Shown in pieces: positions 34,040 through 36,429 of a stretch of 36,429 nt of DNA; the first letter of the stretch is position 1; every line of letters begins with the position of its first letter. The position numbers and the translations under genes are program-made. The notes under the pieces were generated by a model that was not told where the DNA came from, did no database searches, and worked only from the letters and a program-made list of their open reading frames with translations. This DNA is from a virus (Duplodnaviria > Caudoviricetes). Location of the stretch: positions 1 through 36,429 of the IMG/VR virus record IMGVR_UViG_3300033475_000099. One strand, given 5' to 3'.

Positions 34040-34615
34040 TTACTCCCAGTTGATGTCGTCGGTGAGCTGGGTCGGCGGCGGAAGGTACTTGTTCGTGCCA
34101 CCGGTCTCCGTCGGCTTGTCGTAGTCGTCGGGGAGGTCGTACTCGTGGTTGCGTGCCTTCTCGGGGTCGAAGGGAGCCTCGCCATCGTAGGCGGCCTGCA
34201 TCCGCTTGCCGATGGACTTGCCTTCCCAGGGAAGGATGATCTGCTTCACGTCGTGCTTGACGAACTCCCGAAGGATCCGCTCGCGCTCGACGTCGCCGGT
34301 GTACATCGCGACGAGGAGGGGCTTCTTCTCGCACAGCTCGGCGATGTCGTCACGCATCTTCCACCACCACTTCAGCTTGTCCGCAGCGGAAGCAGTTCTG
34401 ATGTCGATGTCGTACGGCTCGATCCACTGGTCCGGATCGATGAGTCCGTACTTGTACGACATGATCAGCACGTTCGGGAAGTACAGTTCCACGACGGCGA
34501 GCGTCAGCTGGAAGTGGTTACCGTTCCAGACGTTGCGCGCCTTGCCCGGAGTGTTGGTCTTCTGGTTCGTGCAGGGGATGATCGCCCACGTGTCGGGCAC
34601 CTGTTCCCAGCTCAT
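34040..34615 (-). CDS. DUF6884/YaaA-like protein (start revised to ATG 34615)
   Basis: IPC...K.....AR..W.G..F and IMSYKYGLIDPD..IEPYD motifs; RBS GGAGG; ATGA overlap. Confidence 0.65.
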   Translation of the reverse strand: MSWEQVPDTWAIIPCTNQKTNTPGKARNVWNGNHFQLTLAVVELYFPNVLIMSYKYGLIDPDQWIEPYDIDIRTASAADKLKWWWKMRDDIAELCEKKPLLVAMYTGDVERERILREFVKHDVKQIILPWEGKSIGKRMQAAYDGEAPFDPEKARNHEYDLPDDYDKPTETGGTNKYLPPPTQLTDDINWE

Positions 34616-35481
34616 GCGTCCCTCCGAAGAACGATGCCGTAGTCGGTGCGGCCGCGGTGGTCGAACGCCTTCTCTTCCTCGATCGTCCCGTACTGCTCCA
34701 GCATGGCTCGGACGTCCTCGTGCGCCGGGCGGACGCCGCTGACGTAGAGGAAGACGACACGCTCGGCGTGGACACCGATGATGAGCTTTCGGAAGAGCTC
34801 GAGCGAGTCGCGCCAGTTCCACTTCGGGAGCTCCTCCACCGTGCCGTGGAGTGCCTTGTTCAGGAAGTCGAAGTTCGCCGAGTACACGTCCCCGCCGACA
34901 ACGATCTTCGGCGGGTCCACCTGCATGAGGTCGTACTTGTCCGTCTTGATGGCGTCCGACTCGAAGTCGTCGTAGACGGATCCTTCGTAATGGACGAACT
35001 CACCCGGCTGCCCGATGAACGTGCTGTTGTACTCCCGTGCCTTCAGGAAGCGCTTGTACAGGGTCTCGACGTTGGCGTACCACTGGGTCATCCGACCCAT
35101 CAGGGTGGATCGCACGATCGCCGAAGCCATGCACGCGTGGTCGAACAGGGTACCTTCGTCGGCCACCCAGTCGATGAAGCCGGCGCATCGCTCGTCGATG
35201 TTCTTGATGGGCCGGTTCTCGTAGGTCCAGCCCTTGCGGTACCGGATCTTGTCGACGTTCGTCTCGACGCTCTTCGCGGCGAAGACCCCGTTGACGATCG
35301 CCGCGCTGTAGTGCTGCGTGTCCCACGACACGATCGTCCGCTCAGGTCCCGCCATGGACTGGATGTCCCTACCCGAGCCGGCGAAGGGAACGATGATACG
35401 CTTGGCGTCTTCGACCTGACTACCAACCCAGGCAGTCGCTGCCTCGGTCGTCGCGCCGATGAATCCCGTTCTATAAGTCAT
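34612..35481 (-). CDS. SAM-dependent amino-methyltransferase-like protein (alpha/Dam-type order) with atypical DPPK motif
   Basis: Motif I IVPFAGSG with downstream VSWD at the N-terminus; motif IV VDPPK near the C-terminus; RBS AGAGGA before ATG 35481. Confidence 0.65.
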   Translation of the reverse strand: MTYRTGFIGATTEAATAWVGSQVEDAKRIIVPFAGSGRDIQSMAGPERTIVSWDTQHYSAAIVNGVFAAKSVETNVDKIRYRKGWTYENRPIKNIDERCAGFIDWVADEGTLFDHACMASAIVRSTLMGRMTQWYANVETLYKRFLKAREYNSTFIGQPGEFVHYEGSVYDDFESDAIKTDKYDLMQVDPPKIVVGGDVYSANFDFLNKALHGTVEELPKWNWRDSLELFRKLIIGVHAERVVFLYVSGVRPAHEDVRAMLEQYGTIEEEKAFDHRGRTDYGIVLRRDA

Positions 35482-35494
35482 CCGGTTCCTCTTT

Positions 35495-35563
35495 TCTCTC
35501 ACACGCTCTCGCTCAAGTATACGCTAACGCGTAGTGATCACACAAGGGCGTTCGTGTGAGAGA
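35495..35563 (-). promoter_or_regulatory. sigmaA/HrdB-like promoter enclosed by an 11-bp inverted repeat
   Basis: Minus strand TTGTGT(35545-35540)-N18-TATACT(35521-35516); flanks TCTCTCACACG (35495-35505) and CGTGTGAGAGA (35553-35563); A-tract further upstream. Confidence 0.7.
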
Positions 35564-35564
35564 T

Positions 35565-35693
35565 TTATTTTTTCTTTCCGAAAACGTTCCGGAGGTCAGG
35601 AACGATGACAGCCAAGGCGGCTGCCACGAAGATCAAGACCACCAGCACGATTCCGGTCTGTGCCAGGATGGTCCAGAAGGTGCCCCAGTTCAT
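35565..35693 (-). CDS. Small single-TM protein (42 aa, not in ORF track)
   Basis: MNWGTFWTILAQTGIVLVVLIFVAAALAVIVPDLRNVFGKKK; RBS GAGGA; TAATG coupling. Confidence 0.65.
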   Translation of the reverse strand: MNWGTFWTILAQTGIVLVVLIFVAAALAVIVPDLRNVFGKKK

Positions 35694-35812
35694 TACGCTT
35701 CCTCTCCGAGAAACTGATCGAGGCAGTCGTCACATTCGAAGAGCGTGTCGTCGTCAGTCTCACCGACCTCGATGACCGTGGTGTTCTCGCTGCTGCAGCT
35801 CGGACAGTTCAT
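35693..35812 (-). CDS. Zn-ribbon microprotein 3 (39 aa)
   Basis: MNCPSCSSENTTVIEVGETDDDTLFECDDCLDQFLGEEA; RBS GGAG; ATGA overlap. Confidence 0.7.
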   Translation of the reverse strand: MNCPSCSSENTTVIEVGETDDDTLFECDDCLDQFLGEEA

Positions 35813-35943
35813 TTCCAGGTCTCCGTGTCATCCTCGAGGGTGAATTGGATCCCACAGTTGTTGCAGCGGTAGACGTAGAGGTCCTCGTCCTTGTCGTACT
35901 CAAGGACCTCTACGTCTTCGCTGGAACAGTCGACGCAGTTCAC
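35809..35943 (-). CDS. Zn-ribbon microprotein 2 (44 aa)
   Basis: MNCVDCSSEDVEVLEYDKDEDLYVYRCNNCGIQFTLEDDTETWK; GTGA overlap. Confidence 0.7.
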   Translation of the reverse strand: MNCVDCSSEDVEVLEYDKDEDLYVYRCNNCGIQFTLEDDTETWK

Positions 35944-36101
35944 TCAGGAAGACCTTCGAGCTCGACAAAGAACTTGGCCACACAGGTCACTCGCTTGCAC
36001 CTGTACACGTAGACGCCTTGCTCTCTGTTGTATCCGAGATAGATCACGCCGGCTGTCCTTGACTTGCAGTACGGACACTTACCTGTTAAGGACTGCTTCA
36101 C
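35940..36101 (-). CDS. Zn-ribbon microprotein 1 (53 aa; start revised to GTG 36101)
   Basis: MKQSLTGKCPYCKSRTAGVIYLGYNREQGVYVYRCKRVTCVAKFFVELEGLPE; AAGGA upstream. Confidence 0.6.
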   Translation of the reverse strand: MKQSLTGKCPYCKSRTAGVIYLGYNREQGVYVYRCKRVTCVAKFFVELEGLPE

Positions 36102-36429
36102 GCCAGAAGTCCTTGTCCTCGTACATCGTGGAGTCGACGGGAACCTTCCCGTACATGTCGTGGTCCGACATCGACCACCGGGTGAGCGCCTGGTCGATGG
36201 CCTCGAGGCGCTCGACGCAGGTGCCGCACTTGCCACAGTGCTGGTGCCCGCCCTTGTAGCAGGACCAGGTCTCGTGGAACGGAACGCCGAGCTCGATGGC
36301 CTTGTAGGCGATGTCGGCCTTCGTGCGCTTGATGTAGGGGGTCATCATCTCGAACTGCGGGTCGATGAATCCCCAGTTGCCCGACCGGATGGTGTTCTCG
36401 ATGTCGCAGATGAACTCGGCGCGGCAGTC
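36079..36429 (-). CDS. queC: 7-cyano-7-deazaguanine synthase, C-terminal part (5' end outside window)
   Basis: Frame open to the window edge: DCRAEF...TP....KADI...TWSCY.G...CGKCGTC.ER. Confidence 0.95.
   Translation of the reverse strand, partial: DCRAEFICDIENTIRSGNWGFIDPQFEMMTPYIKRTKADIAYKAIELGVPFHETWSCYKGGHQHCGKCGTCVERLEAIDQALTRWSMSDHDMYGKVPVDSTMYEDKDFWREAVLNR

Noticed and set aside
1-36429. Integrase, repressor, transposon or intron/intein
   Set aside because: No recombinase, transposase, splicing motifs or unexplained insertions were seen in TerL or Pol; lifestyle cannot be determined from this window.

Overview
This window is about 36 kb of a tailed actinobacteriophage (siphovirus-like), probably starting near one genome end. 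The host is plausibly a filamentous actinomycete, judged from the high GC3, sigmaA/HrdB-type promoters with 18-bp spacers and a DUF397-like peptide. The + strand (541-26422) carries the virion and lysis arm: terminases, a Mu-type portal, an inserted putative fibre module, protease/scaffold, capsid, connectors, major tail protein, tRNA-Met(CAT), a frameshifted tail chaperone, a tape measure with a CHAP domain, minor tail proteins, endolysin and holin. A long hairpin separates it from the - strand arm (26507-36429). That arm encodes a RuvC-like resolvase, a degenerate HNH, a UDG-PolA fusion and a 7-deazaguanine DNA-modification locus: TGT/DpdA-like protein, two NTP-PPase-like genes, FolE, QueD, a DUF6884-like protein, an atypical DPPK methyltransferase, three Zn-ribbon microproteins and QueC (partial). 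The most unusual signals are: (1) a ~123-bp GTTCTAAA array present twice, 27.2 kb apart, with conserved spacing; (2) a ~35-nt motif/hairpin repeated in three intergenic gaps of the late operon; (3) a 27 x 20-aa repeat protein beside a high-GC3 small subunit gene, suggesting a ruler-templated fibre; (4) a deazaguanine locus with extra enzymes and a promoter enclosed by inverted repeats; (5) an fMet-scaffold tRNA lacking initiator determinants. All family assignments come from motif recognition by eye; no searches were run.
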